DNA of 64,000 bases, from contig NMRA01000054.1 of the NCBI GenBank assembly GCA_002633005.1, positions 18,218 to 82,217 on the forward strand, in the 5' to 3' direction. Both the position numbers and the translations under genes were made by a program. Source of the stretch: Phoronis australis. Taxonomy: Eukaryota; Animalia; Phoronida. Under the pieces are notes generated by a model. It ran no database searches. It was given only the letters and a program-made list of their open reading frames with translations, and was not told where the DNA came from. The stretch's first letter is position 1. Each line of letters starts with the position of its first letter. Of this stretch, positions 53,390-64,000 are shown piece after piece.

Positions 53390-53600
53390 TACAGACCTAG
53401 CTCTGTCATCCGTGAACACCGAAAATGGGCCACTGTAGACCTCAAATATGGTTTTTCTATCTCTGATACATAATTTTCCAGTGTGATACTTAATTTAAAC
53501 AGGCACTCACGACTTTTAAGGATCTCCGACGGCATACAACGCTGTCGAAATTCATTAAAAAAATCCAAGCTCGTCACCCACACCCTGTGAAAACCAAACA
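53390..53600 (-). mobile_element. Short RTE-X-like LINE 3' fragment
   Basis: FFNEFRQR..LFKLSITLENYVSEIEKPYLRSTVAHFRCS resembles the C-terminus of this LINE group. Confidence 0.45.
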
Positions 53601-53909
53601 ATAACATATATATTTGGATATAGTTTTTTAACTTCCATTGCCCAACAGTCTCTGTTTTTTCTCTGCCATTTCATTTTAAATTAGAATAGCAGATTGATGA
53701 ATTTCTAATTTCCTGCATTTTCAATAACTTAAACGAGCATTTTAACACTTCCAACAGCCTTTTATGGGTTGACAGTGGCCATTAATTCGATATTTTATGA
53801 TAGATATACCATAGCAATTAGGTGTCTGCACCAGTTATGCCGACGAGACTTGTAACTTCTTTATCACCCTATGAGGGCGTCACAAAGGAACGTACGGAAC
53901 ATTCACCTG

Positions 53910-54309
53910 GGCCCGGTCTCTAATCTTTGTACTCGAAACGAACTCGAAACTATTTTTGGCAATTTCTCTGCTCCTTTTGTGCGAACTTAAGATAATTGGT
54001 TATCGGACTGTGCTCGAATACATTATAGTTTATGCATAGAAGTTTCTAGTTCAAGTTTGCCCTTGAAGACCCTTATATTCGTGCTACAAACTTGAGTAAA
54101 AACTCGAAATTTCGAGTTCAAACTCGAACTTATTGCTTTAATATTGGGTTTACAAACTGTGAACTAAGGGCAATAAATTATCTACGTAAGTTATTGCGTA
54201 CTCGAGCATAGAATAATAGACACTTATCTTGAGTTCGCCCAAAAGTAGAGTAGAAAATGCCAAACCTAATTTCGAGTTCCATTTCGAGTAAAAGATTGGA
54301 GACCGGGCC
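53910..54309. mobile_element. 400 bp Harbinger-type MITE with a demonstrable empty site
   Basis: TIR ggcccggtctc(t)aatcttt / aaagattggagaccgggcc. CTG TSD at 53907-53909 and 54310-54312. The paralogous unit at ~60700-60720 reads acattcacCTGgcgtgcg with no insert. Confidence 0.9.
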
Positions 54310-55228
54310 CTGGTGTGCGTTCCGTAGACGGGAGAACCTCGCGAAAACCCAAGACCACAAACTACTTCGAGAAATATCGCCATGTACTGCATACAAAGCA
54401 CGTAATTCCACTAGCATCAAAGGCCGGGAACTCGGCCCTGGATCAGATTTGTGATCCAAACAAGACTTTTTGTTTCAACTTCCCCTCTCAGAAGCCATAA
54501 TGCATTGCAATACCTCAAGTCGTGGAAAATGAGACTCCCTTCTGCTGTGACTGGGGTCACAAAAACACTCAAATATTTTATCGACATCTAGGGTTAAAAC
54601 GTTCCACTCGCCGGGATAAACAATGATCGAATTACTGATTGGAAGTATTTTTGTGACGAAATGTGTTGTTACACACAGATGACTTTTAAGGCAATCGCGT
54701 ATTATTTGGCTGTTCTGCATATTTAATGTCTTAGCATGATCATGTAATAAAATATTTACAAATTTGGCGTTCCGACTATTTCACAGCGTCAAGAAACCAC
54801 GACGTTCGGTGTCACATACACATGTAGGTCAAAGCAATTGAGTTTAATGACGACAACTGGCTTATTCTTGAGAATACACAAGCACGTACTGATGATCAAC
54901 TGTGCTTTCCTTTGAACCAGTTTAAAGTACATGGATTGAAAAGGATAACAAAGCGAGCCAGAGTACTTGACCCAGTCTTACCCTGGAATCGTCAATAGAT
55001 ACTTGAAATATCTACCCTCAGGTCACCGCGTGGTTTCTCTTACACAATTTACATTACGTTATTAACCACCTAGAGAGAGTGTTGACTCCATGCAATTTTG
55101 GCATCATTCGTGAGCATACTTAACTTAACAGCATGTCGTCAATAAAAAGTAGGAAAATACTTCAATGGAAATTGAAGCCTGTTTTCAGTATTTCTCAAAG
55201 TGGTTTTTAATTTTACATTTCCTTGTAG

Positions 55229-55291
55229 GTTATACAATGCCATCAAGACTACATTTGCAAGAACGGAGAGTGCATACCAAAAGTCTGCGGG
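55229..55291 (+). CDS. Cys-repeat exon A2 (VIQCHQDYICKNGECIPKVCG)
   Basis: ccttgtag|GTT...GGG|gtaagt, 63 nt. Confidence 0.87.
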
Positions 55292-56003
55292 GTAAGTTGA
55301 TAATTGTATTACCTTATTATGTTCTGATCAAACTTTAATTAAAGCACCCATTTTATCGTGTTAAACTCTAAAATACTTAATCAAGAAGGAAGCGTCGCTT
55401 TCAACCAGCATATAAGAAAATCTGATACCTAAACTTATGAGACTTTTACACTTCGAATATGAACGTACATTCAGAACGTCATAGCCCAAAATATGTTACC
55501 AAAGAGCTAGATTCAAAGGTGCACCTCAACTTTTTTCCAGATGTTAGTTTCATGTACTTCATTATCAATATCTTCTGATGACTCGACCCTGACATTCGTT
55601 TTTAATATATGGAGGAATCCTCACACATATTTAAAGAGCTTTTTAAACAGTTTAGAAAATGCAAGAAAACTCAGTGAGTGACAGGAAAAATGCATATTCT
55701 AATGTATTATCAATTCACCAGTATGTAGTACCCTAAGTTCACAAAACGAAATTTAACAAAACATTAATCACCAAATGCTATTACTATAATGTCTATATCA
55801 TGGAACCAACCATTCTTATTTTGCAGCAAAACTTACTGATTGATAAAAATAACAGCGTACTTCTTTACTAAGTCTATGTGTCAATGATCTTCAGTTTTTC
55901 TGTTTAGCACAACTGAAAAATTGCAAAACAAGACGTGCTTTCAGATATGATGCATATACTTTATTGTTAACTGCATTTTAACGCACCTGCATATTTCTTT
56001 TAG

Positions 56004-56075
56004 CCCAACTTTCCGTGTCCTCTCGGGCAAGATTGTCACAACGGTGTTTGTGTGAAACCTGATCCCTCGTGCGCT
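56004..56075 (+). CDS. Cys-repeat exon B2 (PNFPCPLGQDCHNGVCVKPDPSCA)
   Basis: ttcttttag|CCC...GCT|gtaagt, 72 nt. Confidence 0.87.
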
Positions 56076-57139
56076 GTAAGTTTAAGTTTGACTGTGATGA
56101 GTTGCAATTTATGCCATAAAAAGCTCGTCACCCACACCCTGTGAAAACCAAACAATAACATATCTATTTGGATGTAGTTTTTTAACTTCCAGAGCCCAAC
56201 AGTCTCTGCTTTTTCTCTGCCATTTCATTTCATATTAGAATAGCAGATTGTTGAATTTCTATTTTCCTGCATTTTCAATAACTTAAACGAGCATTTTAAC
56301 TTTTCGAACAGTCTGCGTTCTCATAGTATTGTTGCTCAAACGTTGATGAGAAAGAGGCGTCTACAGCTCGATCTACTTTATTACGTTCATCCTTTATCGC
56401 TGATACATCGTATTGCATCGGTGTCCATATCTGTTATCTGAAACGTTTACAAAAAACAGTCTAAATTATTAAGTCTAAACTATACCATTAGCATTAAGCA
56501 ACCACCACGATATCGTTACACCTTTTACGTAATGTTTAATTAATGTCTAACGGAAACCACAATTGAGAAAATACAAACTCAGGAAAAACATGGCGGAATA
56601 AACCCCTACAGTTCCAAGACAGAACAACTCGTATAGACAACTGCAGCACTCCGAAAAAATTTGTTCACAAAATAGAAATATGCATACAACAAGAAATCCG
56701 TAAACATAATAATTGACTATCAAAAAACCCAATGGTTGCAACGTAACAGCATGTGTAGGTCTGCATAGTAATTGTCCAGTCTACAGCTGACAAAACTCAA
56801 ACTTCAAATGCACAGCTATCCGAAACTTCGGTATCTAACGTTGAACGATAACCAAATAAATACTTACAGCGTCTGCCTCAAAAACAGTCTGGTAATCAAC
56901 ACACGATACATATGACAATCCAAGAGAGAATAAGGCAATTGGTGCTTGTTCGGACGTTTAAATACTCCGCGAAAACCTAGAAAGCTGATTGGCCCAAACA
57001 GTATCTCAACTTACAGTACCAATGGAAATAATGCCACCGAAAGGGGGGTTGCTTAAATCATGACTTAACCCCGAGACAACGCCCTAAAATATAACAGCCT
57101 CAGTCTCTTTTTCTGCCCTGACATAAGCTGTTAAGTAAG

Positions 57140-57385
57140 CCGGTGGCATTTGATCGTCAAAGAAATCACTGTCGACGAAATGACGGCAACAGACACGCAG
57201 AAGTTTCACGGTCTCATACTTGGTATTAACGGCGAACTTTTCATTCTTCACTACCACGAGCCACTCCCGAAGCATTGTTTTACTCTCGAAGAAATCGAAA
57301 AAACGATATACTCGCTTTCCTCGCATTTTAATAGTTCACACAAGCGGGAACGATACACCACACCGTAGCGGCACTCACTCCGACA
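57140..57385 (-). mobile_element. Partial THAP/Kolobok-like copy, cut by a deletion
   Basis: MLREWLVVVKNEK..LLRVCCRHFVDSDF. Duplicate of ~59950-60190. Confidence 0.75.
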
Positions 57386-58036
57386 TAAAGGGCTAAAACT
57401 TTCCACTCGCCTGGATAAACAATGATCGAGTTACTGATTGGAAGGATTTTTATATGACGAATTATGTTGTTACACACAGATGACTTTTAAGGCAATCGCG
57501 TATTATTTGGCTGTTCTGCATATTTAATGTCTTAGCATAATCATGTATTAAAATATTTACAAATTTGGCGTTCTAACTATTTCACAGTGTCAAGAAACCA
57601 CGACGTTCGGTGTCACATACACATGTAGGTCAAAGCAATTGAGTTTAATGACGACAACTGGCTTGTTCTTGAGAATACACAAGCACGTACTGATGATCAA
57701 CTGTGCTTTCCTTTGAACCAGTTTAAAGTACATGGATTGAAAAGGAATAAAAAAGCGAGCCAGAGTACTTGACCCAGTCTTACCCTGGAATCGTCAATAG
57801 ATACTTGAAATATCTACCCTCAGGTCATTGCGTGGTTTCTCTTACACAATTTACATCACATTATTAACCACCTAGAGAGAGTGTTGACTCCAAGCAATTT
57901 TGGCATCATTCGTGAACATACATGTACTTAACATAACAGCATGTGGTCAATAAAAAGTAGGAAAATACTTCAATGGAAATTGAAGCCTGTTTTCAGTATT
58001 TCTCAAAGTGGTTTTTATTTTTACATTTCCTTGTAG

Positions 58037-58099
58037 GTTATACAATGCCATCAAGACTACATTTGCAAGAACGGAGAGTGCATACCAAAAGTCTGCGGG
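58037..58099 (+). CDS. Cys-repeat exon A3 (identical to A2)
   Basis: ccttgtag|GTT...GGG|gtaagt, 63 nt. Confidence 0.87.
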
Positions 58100-58815
58100 G
58101 TAAGTTGATGATTATATTACCTTATTATGTTCTGATGAAACTTTAATTACAGCACCCATTTTATCGTGTTAAACTCTAAAATACTTAATCAAGAAGGAAG
58201 CGTCGCTTTCAACCAGCATTTAAGAAAATCTGATACCTAAACTTATGAGACTTTTACACTTCGAATATGAACGTACATTCAGAACGTCATAGCCCAAAAT
58301 ATGTTACCAAAGAGCTAGATTCAAAGGTGCACCTCAACTTTTTTCCAGATGTTAGTTTCATGTACTTCATTATCAATATCTTCTGATGACTCGACCCTGA
58401 CATTCGTTTTTAATATATGGAGGAATCCTCACACATATTTAAAGAGCTTTTAAAACAGTTTAGAAAATGCTAGAAGACTCAGTGAGTGACAGGAAAAAAT
58501 GCATATACTAAAGTATTGTCAATTCACCAGTTTGTAGTACCCTAAGTTCATAAAACGAAATTTAATAAAGCATTAATCACCAAATGCTATTACTATAATG
58601 TCTATATCATGGAACCAACCTTTCTTATTTTGCAGCGAAACTTACTGATTGATAAATTAACAGCGTACTTCTTTACTTAGTCTATGTGTCAATGATCTTC
58701 AGTTTTTCTGTTTAGCACAACTGAAAAATTGCAAAACAAGATGTGCTTTCATATATGATGCATATACTTAATTGTTAACTGCATTTTTAACGCACCTGCA
58801 TGATATTTCTTTTAG

Positions 58816-58887
58816 CCCAACTTTCCGTGTCCCCTCGGACAAGATTGTCACAACGGTGTTTGTGTGAAACCTGATCCCTCGTGCGCT
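58816..58887 (+). CDS. Cys-repeat exon B3 (same peptide as B2)
   Basis: ttcttttag|CCC...GCT|gtaagt, 72 nt. Two synonymous differences from B2. Confidence 0.87.
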
Positions 58888-59949
58888 GTAAGTTTAAGTT
58901 TGACTGTGATGAGTTGCAAGTTATGCCATAAAAAGCTCGTCACCCAGACACTGTGAAAACCAAACAATAACATATCTATTTGGATATAGTTTTTTAACTT
59001 CCAGAACCCAACAGTCTCTGCTTTTTCTCTGCCATTTCATTTCATATTAGAATAGCAGATTGTTGAATTTCTATTTTCCTGCATTTTCAATAACTTAAAC
59101 GAGCATTTTAACACTTCGAACAGTCTGCGTTCTCATAGTATTGTTGCTCAAACGTTGATGAGAAAGAGGCGTCTACAGCTCGATCTACTTTATTACGTTC
59201 ATCCTTTATCGTTGATACATCGTATTGCATCGGTGTCCATATCTGTTATCTGAAACGTTTACAAAAACAGTCTAAGTTACTAAGTCTAAACTATACCATT
59301 AGCATTTAGCAACCACCACGATATCGTTAAACCTTCTACGTAATGTTTAATTAATGTCTAACGGACACCCCACTTGAGAAAATACAAACTCAGGAAAAAC
59401 ATGGCGGAATAAACCCCTAAATGTCCAAGACAGAACAACTCGTATAGACAACTGCAGCACTCCGCAAAATTAGTTCACAAAATAGAAATATGCATACAAC
59501 AAGAAATCCGTAAACATAATAATTGACTACCAAAAAACACAATGGTTGCAACGTAACAGCATGTCTAGGTCTGCATAGTAATAGTCCAGTCTACAGCTGA
59601 CAAAACTCAAACTTCAAATGCACAGCTATCCAAAACTTCGGTATCTAACGTTGAACGATAACCAAATGTATACGTACAGCGTCTGCCTCAAAAACAGTCT
59701 GGTAATCAACACACGATACATATGACAATCCAGGAGAGAATAAGGCAATTGGTTCTTCTTCGAACGTTTAAATACTTTGCGAAAACCTAGAAAGCTGATT
59801 GGCCAGACAGTATCTCAACTTACAGAACCAATCGAAATAATACCACCGAAAGGGGGGTTGCTTAAATTATGATTAACCCCGAGACAACGCCCTAAAATAT
59901 AACAGCCTCAGTCTCGTTTTCTGCCCTGGCATGAGCTGTTTATTAAGCC

Positions 59950-60342
59950 GGTGGCATTTGATCGTCAAAGAAATCACTGTCGACGAAATGCCGGCAACAG
60001 ACACGCAGAAGTTTCACGGTCTCATACTTGGTATTAACGGCGAACTTTTCATTCTTCACTACCACGAGCCACTCCCGAAGCATTGTTTTACTCTCTAGGA
60101 AATCGAAAAAACGATATACCCGCTTTCCTCGCAGTTTAATAGTTCACACAAGGGGGAACGATACACCACACCGTAGCGGCACTCACTCTGCAGAAGAACC
60201 ACTGGCGTCGCTGTGTCTTTTCTAAACTTCACTGGTTAACGCGACCCCTGTCGGCGAGGAAAGATCGAGCGTATATGATGTGATGTGGATATAGACCAAT
60301 TAAGACGGTAAAAAGCCTAATTAAATCGGGTGGCATTCTCCT
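59950..60342 (-). mobile_element. Left end of a THAP/Kolobok-like copy with intact TIR
   Basis: ggcattctcct|ttaa at 60332-60346 is the reverse complement of TTAA|AGGAGAATGCC at 10116. The THAP remnant follows on the minus strand. Confidence 0.8.
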
Positions 60343-61613
60343 TTAATTCGTAGTTCGTGGAAGAAAACTCAACATATCGAGAACACTAATATGATGTTGT
60401 CCTAAGTCTTCATAATGAAGGTAAAAAGATCAGTTTGTTAATGGTGTACAATTCAAAAACAGAATTTTTTCACCCAAAATGCCAACTAACGGGACCATAA
60501 CAATGGCTGTGATTAATAAAAAGATGATTTCATTTTGACTTCTACTTTCAGAAATACATACTTTTATGGGTTGACAGTGGCCATTAATTCGATATTTTAT
60601 GATAGATATACCATAGCAATTAGGCGTCTGCACCAGTTATGTCGACGAGATTTGTAACTTCTTTATCATCTCATGAGGGCGTCACGAAAGAACGTACGGA
60701 ACATTCACCTGGCGTGCGTTCCGTAGACGTGAGAACCTCGCAAAAAACCCAAGACCACAAACTACTTCGAGAAATATCGCCATGTACTGCATACAAAGCA
60801 TGTAATCCCACTAGCATCAACGGCCGGTAACTCGGCCCCTGGATCAGCTTTGTGATCCAAACAAGACTTTTTGTTTCAACTTCCCCTCTCAGAAGCCATA
60901 ATGCAGTGCGATACCTCAAGTCGTGGAAAATGAGACTCCCTTCTGCTGTGACTGGGGTCACAAAAATACTCAAATATTTTGTCGACATCTAGGGCTAAAA
61001 CTTTCCACTCGCCGGGATAAACAATGATCGAATTACTGATTGGAAGGATTTTTATGTGACGAATTGTGTTGTTACACACAGATGACTTTTAAGCCAATCG
61101 CGTATTATTTGGCTGTTCTGCATATTTAATGTCTTAGCATGATCATGGATTAAGATATTTACAAATTTGGCGTTCACAGTGTCAAGAAACCACGACGTTC
61201 GGTGTCACATAGGTCAAAGCAATTGAGTTTAATGACGACAACTGGCTTGTTCTTGAGGATAGACAAGCACGTACTGATGATCAACTGTGCTTTCCTATGA
61301 ACCAGTTTAAAGTACATGGATTGAAGGGGAATACAAAGCGAGCCAGAGTACTTAACCCAGTCTTACCCTGGAATCGTCAATAGATACTTGAAATATCTAC
61401 CCTCAGGTCACCGCGTGGTTTCTCTTACAGCATTTACATCACATTATTAACCACCTAGAGAGGGTGTTGACTCCATGCAATTTTGGCATCATTCGTGAGC
61501 CTACTTAACTTAACAGCATGTCGTCCACAAAAAGTAGGAATATACTTCAATGGAAATTGAAGCCTGTTTCCAGTATTTCTCAAAGTGGTTTTTAATTTTT
61601 CATTTCCTTGTAG

Positions 61614-61676
61614 GTTATACAATGCCATCAAGACTACATTTGCAAGAACGGAGAGTGCATACCAAAAGTCTGCGGG
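61614..61676 (+). CDS. Cys-repeat exon A4 (identical to A2/A3); the gene presumably continues beyond the Gypsy insertion
   Basis: ccttgtag|GTT...GGG|gtaagt, 63 nt. No stop codon is reached within the window. Confidence 0.85.
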
Positions 61677-61701
61677 GTAAGTTGATAATTATATTACCTT
61701 A

Positions 61702-61992
61702 TGTAACAGAGCAAGTCTCCACTGAACCTCAAAATATGTATTTTCTCTCATCAGGCATTCGTTTCAGTTCAATTTACACATGATAACGATCAACTTTCCA
61801 TGAAAGTAAAAGAAGGAAACACCCTTCTCCTAAGCCTGTCGCTAGCGAAGTGCCCGACACATACAGTCGCGCCCACATGCCCACGTAACAAGGCGCACTG
61901 AGACGCAACAAAGACATTAGCATAAGAATAACTGAACATTTGCAACTAAATAAGAATAACAATAAGCGTAAAGTTACGAACGTCCCGTCACA
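61702..61992 (-). repeat. 3' LTR (291 bp) of the Gypsy element
   Basis: Minus strand TGTGAC...TGTTACA, immediately preceded by a polypurine tract (aggggggagaa). Similarity to the tandem unit stops exactly at 61701. Confidence 0.85.
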
Positions 61993-62169
61993 TTCTCCCC
62001 CCTAAAAAAAAATGTCGTCCCAACATCATTAACATACAATATGAAAACAAAGCGCAGTGAAATGGAAATCATTCAGTCTCCTCGTACTGGCTACAGACAT
62101 CACAACGCACATTCCACTTTCAGCACGGCAACGCCTGGCGCGCTCGCAACAGCAGCAAAACTCAAAATA

Positions 62170-64000
62170 CTAGAGACCTTCCAAGTCCCTACCATCCAAG
62201 ATCTCCGCCCTATTTACAGTTTTAACCGGTCCGGCACCATCTGCCGCCCGCACAGAATACACATTATTTCTCCGAGAGACAATATGATAAGGAACTGAAC
62301 CAAATGCATTCTGAATTTTATTCCTCCCTATTATACTGTGGTCTCTCAGAAATACCGTTGCACCAACCGGAAGTGATTGGGCGAACACACGGGTATCATT
62401 TCTAGCTTTATTTCTATCATTCGAAGTGTCGGTAAAATACCGAGCACGCTGCCGAGCGTCTTTCATTTTATCTGCTCTTAACTTTACATACTCATCTGTG
62501 CAACCATCTAACAGATTTGGTGCATCAAACCGCAGGAGAAAATCCGAAGGAAATTTCGGTTCCCTGCCAAAGAACAAGAAAAACGGAGAGTACTTAGTAG
62601 TGCTGTGTGGAGTAGAATTATACGACATCACCAGATCATGTACATACTCCGGCCATGTACGCTTATGATCCATTGGCAAAGTTTTCAACAGATTATGCAA
62701 TGTGCGATTAAAACGCTCACACTGTGAATTTCCCTCAGGATGATATGGGGTTGTACGGGATTTCTGAATGTCATATAATTTACACAACTGTTTAACCAGA
62801 TCGCATACAAAAATTGCGACCCTGATCGCTATGAATCCTGTCCGGAATACCGAACTTATTGAACCATTGCTCAGTCAGAGCCTTGGCAACAGTCAGGGCA
62901 GTTTGATTGTGTGTCACAACAACTTGCGTAAACTTCGTGAATACGTCAGTCATCACCAAGACGTTTTCCCTACCGTCACTGGACGTCTCGAGAACAGTAA
63001 AATCAACGGCTAACACTTTATTGGGTCTACATGCAGTCAAGTGACTCATGATAGTCCTCGGTTTCTTGTATGGAAAATTAGAAATCTGACACCTCGCACA
63101 TGATTTGCAATAGTCTGCCACATCTTTTTGCATGCCTACCCAAAAGTAGCGATTGCTAATCAAGGCAAATGTTCTCTCATACCCTTGGTGTCCAGCTGCA
63201 TCATGCAGAGACACCATAATCTCACTTCTTAGCGACTGTGGCACAACTAACATACTAACAACTTCATTATCAACCGAGGAGACCCTGTATATGAACAGCA
63301 TTCCCCGATCTAAGTACAGATCATTCCAATACCTCAAATATTTCCGCACACCGCTATTTGCGGTGTCAACAGGCTTACGTTTTACTCGCAAGCATTCCAT
63401 CACGTCACCAAGAATAATATCGTTACGTTGTAAATTCACTAATTCGGCGTTTGTTAGAGCAGGGAATGACGACGAAGTGTCCAACCCACTCCGTGTCGTA
63501 ACACCACAAAGCAAAGCCTGGCCGTGATCAGGCCACACTATTCTTGACAGCGCGTCAGCGTCTAAATTCGACTTACCAGTCTTGTACACAATCTGAAAAT
63601 TGTAATTCGCTAACTCAGAAACCCACCTCTGAGAGCATACATCCAGCTTAGCTGTAGACAATGCATATGTAACAGGGTTATTGTCAGTGTACACTACAAA
63701 CGGCAAACCGCCGTATAGGTAATCGTGAAACTTAGACGTTATGGCCCATTTAAGAGCCAGAAACTCAAGTTTATGTACAGGATAGCGTTTCTCGGCTTCA
63801 CTCAAACAACGACTCGCAAAGGCAATGGGTCTATTCAATCCCCCGGACTCCTGATATAATACCGCACCTAACGACGTCATGCTGGCGTCAATGTGCACAG
63901 AAAATGGCTGCGTAAAATCAGCAAATGCCAGTACAGGGCTACTCGTGCACCTGCGTTTAAGTTCTTCAAAAGCATACTGTTCTTTATCACCCCAAACAAA
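62170..64000 (-). pseudogene. pol: Gypsy pol (RNase H plus integrase) with one frameshift near 62790-62810
   Basis: [28 protein letters not shown]-like motif ([10 protein letters not shown]), VYTDNNP, ADALSR. Integrase HHCC ([16 protein letters not shown]), [11 protein letters not shown], then after the frameshift TTPYHPEGNSQCERFNRTL and a GPY/F-like tail. Confidence 0.92.

Larger units (their letters stand above)
53566..61701 (+). repeat. Recent tandem duplication array (~2.6-3.6 kb units, each with A and B exons plus introns)
   Basis: Near-identical blocks start at ~53566, ~56120 and ~58933. A-exon spacing is 2808 and 3577 bp. Units differ by large indels. Confidence 0.92.
61702..64000 (-). 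mobile_element. Ty3/Gypsy LTR retrotransposon, 3' part (runs off the window)
   Basis: Domain order RT connection - RNase H - integrase - PPT - LTR. Confidence 0.95.

Noticed and set aside
642-61962. Most 60-150 aa ORFs in the supplied track
   Set aside because: Many use GTG/TTG starts in eukaryotic DNA, lack motifs, and are antisense or out-of-frame shadows of real exons and repeats (e.g. 28585-29049, 28063-28443).

Overview
AT-rich, intron-containing, repeat-dense animal DNA, most likely a marine invertebrate; the host cannot be named from the sequence alone. Most of the supplied ORF track is noise. Reading splice signals by hand gives three genes. (1) The ~1.3 kb terminal exon of an unknown minus-strand gene (2209-3531). 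(2) A complete three-exon, unusually Met-rich 146-aa globin (28318-31201) with the ancestral B12.2/G7.0 introns. (3) A secreted cysteine-repeat protein gene built from 36-75 nt phase-0 micro-exons (40728 to at least 61676), almost invisible in the ORF track. It is expanding by tandem duplication of a two-exon, ~3 kb cassette and carries a Gypsy LTR retrotransposon in its last visible intron. The rest is transposon debris: a THAP-bearing TTAA-flanked (Kolobok-like) family, a Sola3-like remnant, Harbinger-type CTG-flanked MITEs and a Myb/SANT remnant, three LINE clades, SINE heads and foldback elements. One 'n' at 19536 marks a probable haplotype join. All family assignments rest on motif recognition, not database searches.
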